DNA of 63,897 bases, filler included, from Aduncisulcus paluster (taxonomy: Eukaryota): NCBI GenBank assembly GCA_024181965.1. It is 13 parts of 13 records of this genome, joined end to end, with 100 filler letters (N's around TTAATTAATTAA, not from the genome) between each part and the next. Parts side by side here need not be neighbours in the genome. Positions count along the whole stretch, not along the records: positions 11,441 to 36,115 come from BQXS01000136.1; 12 more parts are not named here. One strand, written 5' to 3'. A program made the translations under genes and the position numbers. This document shows positions 22,637-33,899 of this stretch, piece by piece (positions within the stretch are counted from its first letter, which is position 1; each line of letters opens with the position of its first letter). The notes below the pieces were generated by a model. That model saw only the letters and a list, made by a program, of their open reading frames with translations, did not search any database and was not told where the DNA came from.

Positions 22637-25288
22637 ATGAAAAGTACTTCTACCGTTGAAAGTGGTGACGTTGATGGTGATTCTTTTGTTGAAACAACAG
22701 ATTCATCAATTGTTGCCGTTGTAGCTAAATCAATCTCTAATTCGATTCATGTTGGTCTTGCGTTTGCTAAACCTGGAAAATCAATCTTGGGTGTTTGTAC
22801 CTTTACTGATTCTAGTGCATTTGTAACCCTCCAACAATATTTGTATGCTTTAGATGCATGTGAAGGAGTTCTTCTCCCTCCCACGAAATCGACTGCCCAA
22901 ATGCATGAATCAATGGCAAAGGCATTTCGTGGTGCTAATATCCCACAATCGATCCAGAAACATCCAGAACCCCACTCTCAAGATCGCATTCTTAAACTTC
23001 ACCGTGATCTAGCAAGGTTATTTGGTGTGGCTCCCCCTCCCTCGATTTTTGGATCCAATATATCATCAAGTGGAACTATTAAAAAACAATTTGACCCTTC
23101 TTCTCTTCAAACTCATGCATTAATTGTATTATGGAAGAACATGGGATTTGATAGCTTCCCTGATGGATCTTTCTCATATTCTCCACCTCCAGCACAACAT
23201 TTGTCCCTTTTACCTTCCGATTGTGGAGCTCTTCGTGTTTTCCCAACTGCTTCCAGTCGTGAGCATGGTTCCTCATCTTCCTTATATTCCTTACTTGACA
23301 AGACAAAAACAAAGATGGGACAGAGATTACTTCGAGAGTGGCTGCATCAACCATCCATTGATCTCGAAGTAATCAATGCTCGTCATGATCTTGTTGAACT
23401 TTTCCTTGAATTCTCATCAGAACGAGAGAGTCTTCGTGAATTGATGAGATCTTTGCCCGATATTGGCGTTGTTGCGAGGAAACTAAGGGCCAGAATTGCC
23501 AAACTTAAGGATAATGTATTGTTATACCAGTGTTGTCTCAAAATGAGTAGTATTCTGCGTGTTCTGAAAGGTATCCGTGAACAAATAATGTCAAAGTATT
23601 GCGTAGAAGGTAGTCAGGAGGATGAGCTCACACAGAAATATAAAAGAATTCTTCATATTCTCAATAAGGAACTTGTGGAACCCCTTGAAACATCCAAGAA
23701 ACAAATGAATAATTTTGAGGCTCTCGTTGAGAAAACTATGGATCTTCAAGCTCTTGCATCACATGAATATGCCATAAAACCTGAGTTTAGTTCCGAATTG
23801 AAATCATTGGATGTTGAAATAGAACGGTGCAAAAATATTCTTGAAGATCTCCGGAAGAAAGCCGTTTCCAAATTAGGTCTGACTGATGCTCGCGTAAAAC
23901 TTGAAGAAAATGCCACCCATGGAAAACATTTGAAAGTAACTCGTAAAGACACTGCTGCCGTTAAGCGAGTTGGAACTTTTGTTGTTCTTGAAACTCGTAC
24001 AACTGGATGCCGATTTGTTGTTCCTAAATTTAGATCGGTGTGTGATCGGTTAGATGATTTGGTTTCTCAGTATTCCACCAAACAGGGTGATCTTGTTGAC
24101 ACTGTGATGAAGATCGCTTTTACTTATGATGGTGTCTCTGAGCGCATGTGTGCCCATCTCTCAGTTATTGATGTTCTGACTTCCTTTGCCCAAGTCTCAG
24201 CCTCTTCATCCACTCCGTATGTACGTCCTTCCATGCTTCCAATGAAGGCTGGTCGTGTCCAGCTCAAAGGTGTTCGTCATGCCCTTCTCGATGCTCAGAT
24301 GGAACAGGGTGAGTACATCCCGAATGACCTTAACATGTGCAGTAATTCTGAAAATATCCATGGAGAAGACCGGAAGAAGGAAGAGGAAGAGGAAGAGGAA
24401 GAGGAAGAACATGATAAAGGTATAGATGCTGAGAATGATAGCTCTCTCTCATTCTTCCATATTATCACAGGTCCCAACTGTGGTGGCAAAACATGTTACA
24501 TAAAGTCCATTGGATTGTGTGTTATTATGGCACAGGTTGGTTGCTTTGTCCCTTGCGATGAAGCATCCATTTCCATCCGTGATCGTGTTCTCTGTCGAGC
24601 CGGTGCCAGTGACTCATTGGCCCTTGGTATGTCCACTTTTATGCTTGAAATGAGTGAGATGGCCTCCATCTTAACTTGTTCCGATCAAGGTAGCCTTGTT
24701 CTGGTCGATGAACTGGGCAGGGGTACCAGCACTACGGATGGGTTTGCTCTGGCATGGGCTATAAGCGAGGCATTGATTAAGAAAAAAGTGATGGTTCTCT
24801 TTGCAACCCATATTTATGAGCTTACTGAGATGTCTCATGTGTGGAAAGGTGTTAAGAACTTCCATGTTGCTTCTCACATTGAATATGGATATATTACTAG
24901 GCCTCATGCACACAAGGCGAAGGAGGAAGAAGGATGTGAAGAAGAAGAAGAAGAAGAAGAAGAAGAGGGAGAGGAAGGAAAGGAAGGTTCTAAAAAAGTA
25001 CCAACAAGTGTGATTCGTTTGTTCAAAATTCGAGAGGGTGCTGCTTCTGCGTCATATGGTATTCAAGTGGCTGAGATTGCAAATTTCCCGACACATGTTG
25101 TCTCTGATGCAAAGCGGAGGTTGGAAGTGTTGAGGCAGAGTGAAGAAGCAAATATGTTAGAATATGCTGAACAGAAAGGGAAAAGAAGATTAAGTCAAGA
25201 TAAGGCACGCGCATACGCCTCTTTGCCACTTAAAAAGGCATTAGATATCGCTCTTATTGGTAGTATCGTACAAGAATCTGATGAATAG
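22637..25288 (+). CDS. MSH2: DNA mismatch repair protein MSH2
   Basis: KTKMGQRLLREWL, ITGPNCGGKT, AQVGCFVPC, STFMLEM, DELGRGTST.DGFALAWAISE (MSH2-type), SYGIQVAEIANFP. Confidence 0.9.
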   Translation: MKSTSTVESGDVDGDSFVETTDSSIVAVVAKSISNSIHVGLAFAKPGKSILGVCTFTDSSAFVTLQQYLYALDACEGVLLPPTKSTAQMHESMAKAFRGANIPQSIQKHPEPHSQDRILKLHRDLARLFGVAPPPSIFGSNISSSGTIKKQFDPSSLQTHALIVLWKNMGFDSFPDGSFSYSPPPAQHLSLLPSDCGALRVFPTASSREHGSSSSLYSLLDKTKTKMGQRLLREWLHQPSIDLEVINARHDLVELFLEFSSERESLRELMRSLPDIGVVARKLRARIAKLKDNVLLYQCCLKMSSILRVLKGIREQIMSKYCVEGSQEDELTQKYKRILHILNKELVEPLETSKKQMNNFEALVEKTMDLQALASHEYAIKPEFSSELKSLDVEIERCKNILEDLRKKAVSKLGLTDARVKLEENATHGKHLKVTRKDTAAVKRVGTFVVLETRTTGCRFVVPKFRSVCDRLDDLVSQYSTKQGDLVDTVMKIAFTYDGVSERMCAHLSVIDVLTSFAQVSASSSTPYVRPSMLPMKAGRVQLKGVRHALLDAQMEQGEYIPNDLNMCSNSENIHGEDRKKEEEEEEEEEEHDKGIDAENDSSLSFFHIITGPNCGGKTCYIKSIGLCVIMAQVGCFVPCDEASISIRDRVLCRAGASDSLALGMSTFMLEMSEMASILTCSDQGSLVLVDELGRGTSTTDGFALAWAISEALIKKKVMVLFATHIYELTEMSHVWKGVKNFHVASHIEYGYITRPHAHKAKEEEGCEEEEEEEEEEGEEGKEGSKKVPTSVIRLFKIREGAASASYGIQVAEIANFPTHVVSDAKRRLEVLRQSEEANMLEYAEQKGKRRLSQDKARAYASLPLKKALDIALIGSIVQESDE

Positions 25289-25297
25289 TGTTTGGAG

Positions 25298-25634
25298 ATG
25301 TTTATGCCGCCAATCTCCAACATGCTGAACAAGAGACTGAAGGCTCTCAAAATCTCTCGAGAAGTTGAACAAGAGGCATCCAAATCCGTCCAACTTTATG
25401 AAGCTCGAATTTCTGCCCTCAAAGAATCGTACAAAAAGAGTGCTCCTGTTGCTTCTGTAGATTCCACAAGCACCAGGCTGAGGATGAGGAGGCCAATCGC
25501 AAGTGGCTTGAAGCATTGGATAAGCGTGAACAGATGATTAATGATATCACTGACTCGTGCATTCGGATAGCACTGACTGATAACTTGAGATCTATCGTGC
25601 CCACAACAAATTTGCCAAGATATCTTACTTAATT
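25298..25634 (+). pseudogene. Coiled-coil coding remnant with apparent frameshift
   Basis: Protein-like text in one frame (KRLKALKISREVEQE...) continues in another after ~25460 (DEEANRKWLEALDKREQMIND). Confidence 0.3.
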
Positions 25635-25740
25635 TCCCAATGACCACTCAAATGCTGACAGATCTCATGTCATTTGACCTATAACAGCCAAGAACCATCA
25701 ATTTCCATCCCTTGGTCAATTACAGATAATACAACAATAA

Positions 25741-26230
25741 AAATAACTGAATATCAATTTAATCTTTTTTAATCAATGAAATCTTCAATCCCAGCAAAAT
25801 TAATGCTTTATCCAATAATTCAGTTTCATCAAGATAATTTTGTTCGATATACAATTTTATAGAAAGTGATTCCCACCAAATGCATTGTTCCTGATTGTTT
25901 CTAACTGAAATATTAACTCCCAAACATCGAAATATGATATTTTATGCCCTTTCTTGAGACGAGTTTTTTATCGATGAGAATAAGAGTATAAAACACGATA
26001 AAATATCGAGTTCCGTGTCAAAAACATCTCGTGGAGCAAATAGCATGTTTTTATTGATTTGATTCCCCTCTTTATATTATGCATTCATAACCGTTATGAA
26101 AATGTGACATCTTCATTGTACAATCTCTTAAGAATATTTTTCCCCGATATTCCTGGAATATCACGATAAAAACGGAGCTTAAACTCATTGCAACTCGAAG
26201 TTCATGCCATTATTATCTCTACTGCTTGTT
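25741..26230 (-). repeat. Dispersed AT-rich repeat family, ~0.5-kb copy
   Basis: Colinear similarity to 50760-51281, e.g. GTGGAGCAAATAGCATG at 26031 is the reverse complement of CATGCTATTTGCTCCAC near 50959. Confidence 0.8.
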
Positions 26231-27107
26231 ATTGTGTGTCAATGATATATGTTTGATTCCCGAACCTTTTGATACCTTATTGTTCTTTTTATTGTCATAA
26301 AACTGAACTCAAACGTTTGATATTTACTGTACCACTCCCTAAAATACTGCTACAAATATAAAACACTCAACTCTCGGTCTGTTCGTTGCTCGTGGTTTCC
26401 ACCCATTGTCTCTGAAAGTAATTGAGAAAATGATACAACTGCCCCTCGCTTAACTCATTTGAATCTCGAATAACACATCAATTACATCAATAACATCAAT
26501 GCTATTCCCCAATCTGTGTGTCACATCATCTTATTCTTGGATGATTCTCGATTCGTGATCTTTCCTTTGTTTTGCCGAATCCAAGCTTTTCTCTTCTCTC
26601 TCTCTCTCTCTGAACAGTTCAAACAACAAGAGAACTTGATCTGCCCAATGAACTTGATTCTTTTATTTTCTGCCAATCTATGAGTAAATTTCCCCCCTTT
26701 TACCCCCATCCGTGGGGGTCCCTCCTGTACGGTGGTTGCACTGTACATTTCTTTATTATTTTTTCAAAAAAAAAAAAAAAAAAAAAAAAAACTTTCCACC
26801 GGCGGTGGCTGAGAAAAGTGGGGGAACCTATACCAAAATATATTATCTATGTTTTATTTTTACTTGGTGTATGAATAATACTATGTGAAATATTCAAGTG
26901 CAGTGCTTCATCTGAATTCCTAAAATTCTTGACGAATAATACCTTTAAGAATAATATTATAACATATCAAATTGTCGAAAAAAAAGGTATATATATATAT
27001 ATAAAGATAATTTCAAGTTTTTTTTTTTTTTTTTCATATGAATGAAGCATTGTTCCGATCAATGGTTGATGTTTTCTGTAAGTGTGTAGTTTTCTGATCT
27101 ATTTTCG

Positions 27108-28631
27108 ATGCCTAAGGGTGAATTAAAGGAGATCCGGAATCCTTCTATCGAAACTATCGATGATGAATTCATTAATTTATCATCAGAAGAACTTGAGCAG
27201 CTTGGATCATCTTCTATTTTCAAACTTATTTTCAACATTAGTTTCTCCTCTGTTGTCTCATTTGTTGCGATGACTGCATACGAAAATATTGATTCCATGG
27301 CAATTGGTACTTTTGCTGGCAGTTCGGCACTCAGTGGAGTCTCGGCCTTTCTCTACTTTGAGTATTTTATAGTGACTGATATTTGCTATTCCTTTGGCGG
27401 AGCTGCCACTGGAGTCATTTCCCATGCCTTAGGATCTCAGAATTTTCTCAGAGCTCGGAAAGTTCTCCTTTATATAGTTTTTGGGTGTATTATTTGGGGC
27501 ATTCTTGTTCCTTTAATTTGTGTTCCCATTCTTCCATGGCTTCTTCCAACTATTGGGGTGCCTGATGCAGCTTATGAGGAAACCCATGAGTATGCTGTTG
27601 TTATTCTTCTTGGAACATGTTTTCCATTGCTTGTCGTGTCTCTTAGTCAGTTATTCCGAGCAGAAAATCGTCCATACACCGCCATGTGGATTGAACTATC
27701 ATGTGCTCTTCTCAATTGTGGAGGTGATTTCCTCACAATGGGAGCGTGGAATATGGGTCCTCGTGGTGCTGCATTATCAACTGTTGGATCTAATGTCATC
27801 TTACTGATTGTTATCATCATCATTCACTGTTCTTGCGGACAATTTGGAGAAAAAATAAGACCCCAAGTGAATCTTCTTAACAAAGAAGTGTTTTCCTCTC
27901 CTTTCGATAAGGAAGCTTTTGGTAAAACATTCGGTGGTGGTGTTGCTTTCTTGCTTTTGAATTCTCTCCTTACCCTTGGTATTATGTTCAGTATTGCAAA
28001 CATAAGTAATTATTCTTCCGATGAAGAAACTCTTTGGGTCGCTGCCTTTGGCGTTAGCGGCCGCCTCGCTACACTTGTATTTGGTCCATGTGGTGGTATT
28101 GGTGCTGCATTGCCAGCCATCATGGGGTATAACCTCGGTCGGAAGAACTTTGATAGGGTCTTCCAAGCACTGTGGAAAGGGGCATTGTCAATTACTGTTT
28201 TTGCCTCTTTCCTTGGAATTCTAAATATTGTTTTCTTGCATCAAATTGCAGGCTTATTTTCTGATGGGAACGATGACCTCACATCACTCATTGAACAAAT
28301 TTCTATTTGGGTTCCTTTCACAACTTTCATTTGTGCTGGTATTCATACAATCACGGGCATTCTTCAAGCTGAACGTAATGTTGTGGGTCAACTCATATTA
28401 TTTATTTCGAATGGGATCCCGATGATTGTGGTTGCTTATCTATTACCAGCCATTTTTGGTATTGATGGTTTCAAGTTCATTTACTTTGTTGGATATGGAT
28501 TGCCTCAACTCATATGCGCGATTTTGCTTCCCCGATGGATGTTCAAATATCACAATCTCAAGAATATTGAGGTCATCGATCTGGAAGATTCAGATGACAT
28601 TGATCCTAAGATGAGTTGTATTCTTCCCTAG
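27108..28631 (+). CDS. MATE family multidrug efflux transporter
   Basis: YENIDSMAIG, ISHALGSQN, FRAENRP, MGPRGAALSTV, IMGYNLGRKNFDR; ~12 hydrophobic segments. Confidence 0.92.
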   Translation: MPKGELKEIRNPSIETIDDEFINLSSEELEQLGSSSIFKLIFNISFSSVVSFVAMTAYENIDSMAIGTFAGSSALSGVSAFLYFEYFIVTDICYSFGGAATGVISHALGSQNFLRARKVLLYIVFGCIIWGILVPLICVPILPWLLPTIGVPDAAYEETHEYAVVILLGTCFPLLVVSLSQLFRAENRPYTAMWIELSCALLNCGGDFLTMGAWNMGPRGAALSTVGSNVILLIVIIIIHCSCGQFGEKIRPQVNLLNKEVFSSPFDKEAFGKTFGGGVAFLLLNSLLTLGIMFSIANISNYSSDEETLWVAAFGVSGRLATLVFGPCGGIGAALPAIMGYNLGRKNFDRVFQALWKGALSITVFASFLGILNIVFLHQIAGLFSDGNDDLTSLIEQISIWVPFTTFICAGIHTITGILQAERNVVGQLILFISNGIPMIVVAYLLPAIFGIDGFKFIYFVGYGLPQLICAILLPRWMFKYHNLKNIEVIDLEDSDDIDPKMSCILP

Positions 28632-28888
28632 TTTTGGGAAAACATTGAACGACACAAAACGCAACTGGAGTGGCTTCCGTGAAATTTGTGAGCTACTAGT
28701 AGTTCACGATAATATCGGCATGAAAGGAATCACTACCATTGCAGGACAACTTTATATCGGACAAATCACTTCCAAATACGTCTTCTGTACCTGAACGAGG
28801 TGGCAATCGTGATCCCAATGTGCCTCCTCTTCCTTCTTCTTCATCATCATCCGCTTCTTTATGATCATTCTCTTCTTCGTCTGCATCT

Positions 28889-29806
28889 CTACTGTATGTT
28901 AGGTTCTTCTTCCCTATTTTTTTCGATAAAATCCCCCCCTTCTATATGTTTTCCCGATAATAATGCAGCTCTTATTGCACCGTGTTTGTATGGATTATGT
29001 TTCTTCGGAGTGCATCTGAAAGCATTTCCCGCTTGGTGCTGTCTCATATTACTTATTTCAAATGCAGGAGTGTCAAAGTTTTGATGCCATCTCCCGCCAA
29101 CCCGAGTTTCGACCCTATATTCATAGCTTATGTTTGCCAATGTGCATTTCAATGATAATGCCGTACCACCCAAACGTAGTGTTGCAACACCATCCAAGAA
29201 GAAGATTAAATTTACAAATATCAAAGGAGGAATGTTGAACCACTTGTGCTTCACGACAAAATCTTCGATATCTGTGAACCTATAGGATGGTGGAAGTCTG
29301 AAAAGACATTGTGAACTACTTAATTTAGAGATAAACGGGCCGATGCTTCTTTTAAAACCATCATAAGCCACCATCTCTATGGAGGGACATTTGGGGAGGT
29401 CCAAGAAGGGTGTTGAAACTAACAGAGTTGAAAACACATGCTTGTCTTCCAGTAACGAACGGATAAGAGCCCCAAGCGGAAGGAAACTGTAGGTGTGTTC
29501 TTTAAATGTCATTACCTCTTGGACATTTTTAAGCCTTTGTCGCATCCTGATAACGTCATATGGTGAATAGAGGTTCAAATTTGGGTGGGATAATGAGACA
29601 CGATAGAGAGCCTTGTGCATATTAAGCGGAAGACTCCTATTCAAAACCCATCCAAGAAGCAATCCTGGGAATGAATCATCATCATTGTTAGGGATGTATC
29701 GAGCATAAGAGGGGTCGAGGGCAAGGCGAGATAGCATATCGGGTTCTGGAGCCTGAGGCGGGAGACTAAGGGAAGGATGTTCAATATCAGTCCCCAAACC
29801 ATTCAT
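28889..29806 (-). mobile_element. CACTA/Plavaka-like transposase fragment (first catalytic-Asp region), chimeric at 3' end
   Basis: LIFFLDGVAT...ALSLKCTLANISYEYR, a hydrophobic strand-DG...NxxxxxR pattern as in Transposase_21/Plavaka. Confidence 0.6.
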
Positions 29807-29895
29807 TGAAACCCTTCATCTTGGTCATGGTTACTCTCTGTGGTTAGGGTTGGCGTACATCCGGTATCATGAACTGAAGTACAGAGTGTCAGCCA

Positions 29896-31549
29896 CTATC
29901 GCTGAGCTGAGAGATCGAACATTTTTAAATGTGCTGGCATCGAGTGTGTACACAGGATTCGTGTGGTCGTGAAAGATTTTGTTTTTGCTTTGGCGTCCTC
30001 AAGCTCAATCAACCACCAAAGAATCTTAAATACCAATCGATGTTTATCCATATGGACAAGAATGTTATCAACATCATCGGGACCACACGTCGGAAGCAAT
30101 TCCATATATGTTCTGTATAGAACAAATATTGAGCAAATAACTGCACGAAAGGCGGAAATATCTTCGTTTGTCACCTCTTCATATTCCGAATCGGACGTTC
30201 TCCTCTTACCAATACCACTCGTCAACGAACTCGAATCCAAAATCAGAGGCAAATCGTGTCTGCGGATATTGTCAGCCACCCTGCTCACCTCCTCAGATTC
30301 TTCATCTTCGACGTTATCGCTGACAAGTGGAATTAGCTCATCTTCCGATGAGTCTTCCACAATGACAACTCTGCCACCCTGACTCCGGAGAAGACGTTTT
30401 CTATTCCTTTCAGCAGCTTCTTGTTCCTTCATCTTTGTCATTTCATCATGGCTTACTTTCCCCCTATTAATGATTTTACCTTTTCTATACATTTCTTCCG
30501 AGCTTCCTTTTTGGCAAGAGGGAACACTGAATCGACTTTTGAACAGGAAGTTCTATAACGATTCCACATCCTTCGGATCGTGATTAATGGGAGAAAGATA
30601 TCTGGTCTCAATAAGAAGTGAAGGATATCGGTGGCGCTCGGTGATATAGCGAACATGCAAGTGATTTTCTGGCGCTGGCATCTCAGTATCAATTCTTCCT
30701 TTGCCGAGGAACTCAGGCAGAAAGACAAGAACTGAGTCATGTATCCNNNNNNNNNNNNNNNNNNNNGTCATTTCATCATGGCTTACTTTCCCCCTATTAA
30801 TGATTTTACCTTTTCTATACATTTCTTCCGAGCTTCCTTTTTGGCAAGAGGGAACACTGAATCGACTTTTGAACAGGAAGTTCTATAACGATTCCACATC
30901 CTTCGGATCGTGATTAATGGGAGAAAGATATCTGGTCTCAATAAGAAGTGAAGGATATCGGTGGCGCTCGGTGATATTGCGAACATGCAAGTGATTTTCT
31001 GGCGCTGGCATCTCAGTATCAATTCTTCCTTTGCCGAGGAACTCAGGCAGAAAGACAAGAACTGAGTCATGTATCCTCCAAGGTGGAGGACCTCCAGGTG
31101 CATGCGGTACAAACCTCATCTCTTGTTGGATCTCTGCCAAACACTTCTTTCTTTCATCGGCTTCAGTGCCAACTGTTGTTTTTGAGAACTTCTTTGGCCC
31201 GTACAAACCGTGTGTAAACCGATCCTATCAAAACAATTGGTAAAAAATGGGTAATCTGAAGCAAAAAAGATAAAATATCAGAAGCAGAAGGGTTGAGAGA
31301 AAAAACCGAATGGATATCAAGTTCTTTTGATATCCTTTCTATTTCATCGGGGTCAACTGTGCATGAGAGGAACTCGATTAAATATCTTCCAAGCCTCAAA
31401 ACCTCCAAGTGCATGATGTCGTGAGGGAAGTGAAAACGTACATCAAAGAAGAGTTTTGGATGCATTAAAGGAGAAGAAAAATCAGAGAGGGGACGATAAG
31501 AAATCCCAAAGTTCTGAAATAATTGGATGTAGCCGAGCAGATCTGGCAA
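29896..31549 (-). mobile_element. Degenerate transposase central fragments (two DxxH/MH-motif copies) plus acidic ORF remnant
   Basis: FPHDIMHLEVLRLGRYLIEFL (31163-31549) and RMHLEVLHLGGYMTQFL (30783-31112) are paralogous; DxMH is the CMC-superfamily motif. Confidence 0.55.
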
Positions 31550-31560
31550 CAGTGAATGCC

Positions 31561-31720
31561 ATGACTGATTCCCAGAATCCGTGACTGATTCCTAGGATCC
31601 GTGACTGATTCCTAGGATCCGTGACTGATTCCCAGAATCCGTGACTGATTCCCAGAATCCGTGACTGATTCCCAGAATCCGTGACTGATTCCTAGGATCC
31701 GTGACTGATTCCTAGGATCC
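31561..31720. repeat. Tandem array of 8 x 20 bp with two variants (A GTGACTGATTCCCAGAATCC, B GTGACTGATTCCTAGGATCC; order ABBAAABB)
   Basis: Read directly; no spacers between units. Confidence 0.97.
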
Positions 31721-32059
31721 GAGTACAGTATAGTACAGTAGAGCATTCGAACATATTAACATCCACCACAACACGAAGAAGCCTTTTCTCTGTTGCTTCA
31801 TTATTGTGAGTACTTTCTCGACCTCTTTTGATCAAAGGGTGGGAAGAAGTGTTATGTATTCAGAGTATTTTCTGAAACAATCTTTCACTACATCAATACT
31901 ATATGAATCTATGGCCTTCTTGACTAATGACTTCTCTTCATCTTTAAGCGAAGTTCTTGCATTAAACTTCCTTTTCACTTGCCTATACAGTCCATCAATG
32001 TGCTTCTCAAAGTTTTGTGGATTGAGCTGAGTACCCGTTATGGATCTTCTCGTTGCCTT

Positions 32060-33213
32060 TTAATCGGGTACCATAATGATCCGCCTCATGATTTTAAGAA
32101 TGATCCACATCAGAACCTTTTCCCTCCCAATGTTGATGATAATTCCATTATGTAGCTTTCTGATTTCTTTCTCGATCATTTTTGTTGCAGTTTTTGTTGC
32201 TGATCGGGCCTCTCTAAAGATTGCGACTTCTCTCCATGAGGCATTCATGTCCCTTACATGGCTTTTTATGTTGCAAAGGGTAATCTTAATGGACAGAGCG
32301 GTGTGTCCACCGAGAGAAGTTGCCACTCCGTCTGCAAAGAGAAGGATCTCAACAAATATTCTTGGCACCACGTGTTTGAGTTTACACTCTTGAACATAAT
32401 TCTCCAAGGTCGAATTGGGCCCTATATCGGGAAGCACACGTATTCCTATGTTCGACATGTATGTCTTGAGCTTGGGACTGATACATTTGGTATGCAGTAG
32501 GCTCATATGAGGGTGGTTGAGGAGGGGATGTGTAGGGCGAATAGTGAGACAATCTCTCAAAGAGAGAGTCATCGAATAGCATATCGGCTATCACTTGGTC
32601 GAATCCGATGTATCGAACATCTTCAGTCGATTCCATCATATCTTCTTGTTCGCTATGAATAGCTTTGATTCTATATAGACTTGGTAGCCGAGGCATTCCA
32701 GTCCTTTTTTCCTCTTCCACTGATGCATTATACATCGTGGTGTATTTTGCATAGGACAATTCTCGGTTTAATGCCATCCTAACTAGCTAAGCATAGAGGA
32801 GATCCTCGCAAATATGTACCTCCCTTCTCCTTTTCGCAACAGTTTCCGGCAAAAGCAAGAGATGGACACAGAAATGCATGGTATGTATCATACATGCTCG
32901 GTGATACAATTCGAGTAGGATCATCAAGGGCCATACCTTGAAGCATGCAATGACATTCAGGGTAGATAAATATCGGATAATATTTATGATACGTGGACGA
33001 AGTTACCTTGAGTCTGAGGTAGCCCATTCTTCCAAAGGAAAGAAGCATCTCCTCAATTTCTCCACACTCCTTTTCCAAGATTCTTTGCTCGATTTCAGGC
33101 AGAAAGTGGTGGAATGCCAGCAAAGTTTTTGCTCGAGTCAAACCTAAGGCACCTTTATGGCAGAGGCCTCCAACCATTTGAGCTCTATCCTCAAAGATTG
33201 TCCAAGCATTCAA
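32060..33213 (-). mobile_element. CACTA/Plavaka-like transposase pseudogene (frameshifted ORFs 33213-32779, 32777-32382, 32572-32060)
   Basis: YPECHC motif, LPSLYRIK, then VEILLFADGVATSLGGHTALSIKITLCNIKSHVR; colinear with the other copies. Confidence 0.62.
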
Positions 33214-33899
33214 TTATCTCTCCCATTTTGATCAAAGGGTACTAAACATTTTACGAATGAAATATTGGGGAGAAAACCAAACATATCCCTAACCCAAGTC
33301 TTCTCCACTTGTTCTTATCGCTTTTTTCATTTGTTCAACCCCATATTTTGATAGACACAACTTCTTTACGTCAAGATCATCTGTTTTAAATGCCATTCGC
33401 AGGTCTGTCAGCCTATTTGGGGTGAAGGGGGTCGAAGTAAGGATCCAATCCATCAGGAGCCTTGACGACACTTTTGATGGGAGGAGGTGGGAGAAAATGA
33501 TCATACCTCGGAGTAGAGAGAGAATCATGAGAACCAATCATTTTCTCAGGATCTAAAAATAGATCATCCGAATCACTTTGACTTGGGTTTGATTCAATTT
33601 GTTCAAGTTCATCGGGGATATCATGGGAAAAATCATCACAACCAGAATAATCGATGGTTGAATGCGCAAATATCTTTGTCTTACAAAATAATTCCAATTG
33701 ATTCCTAACTTGATGAAAAGATTACGGATGTAAATTCCGGAGGGAGAAGAAATGGAAAAGAGAAGCGAAACAGGTGTTATTACAATATTTATTCGAAAGT
33801 TAATCTCCAGTGGAAAACATCAATGGACAGAGCGGTGTGTCCACCGAGAGATGTAGCACATTTCTAACGTTTCAAACTCTTTACGCAATTATTTTAAAC

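Noticed and set aside
25286-25537. Stop-codon readthrough or TAR=Gln code (in-frame ORF after the MSH2 TAG)
   Set aside because: TAA and TAG terminate conserved genes here (tubulin, DnaJ, Rab28, GPI, MATE), so the standard code applies; the downstream ORF looks like a separate remnant
31561-31720. CRISPR-like array
   Set aside because: Units are contiguous with no unique spacers; eukaryotic context with no cas genes
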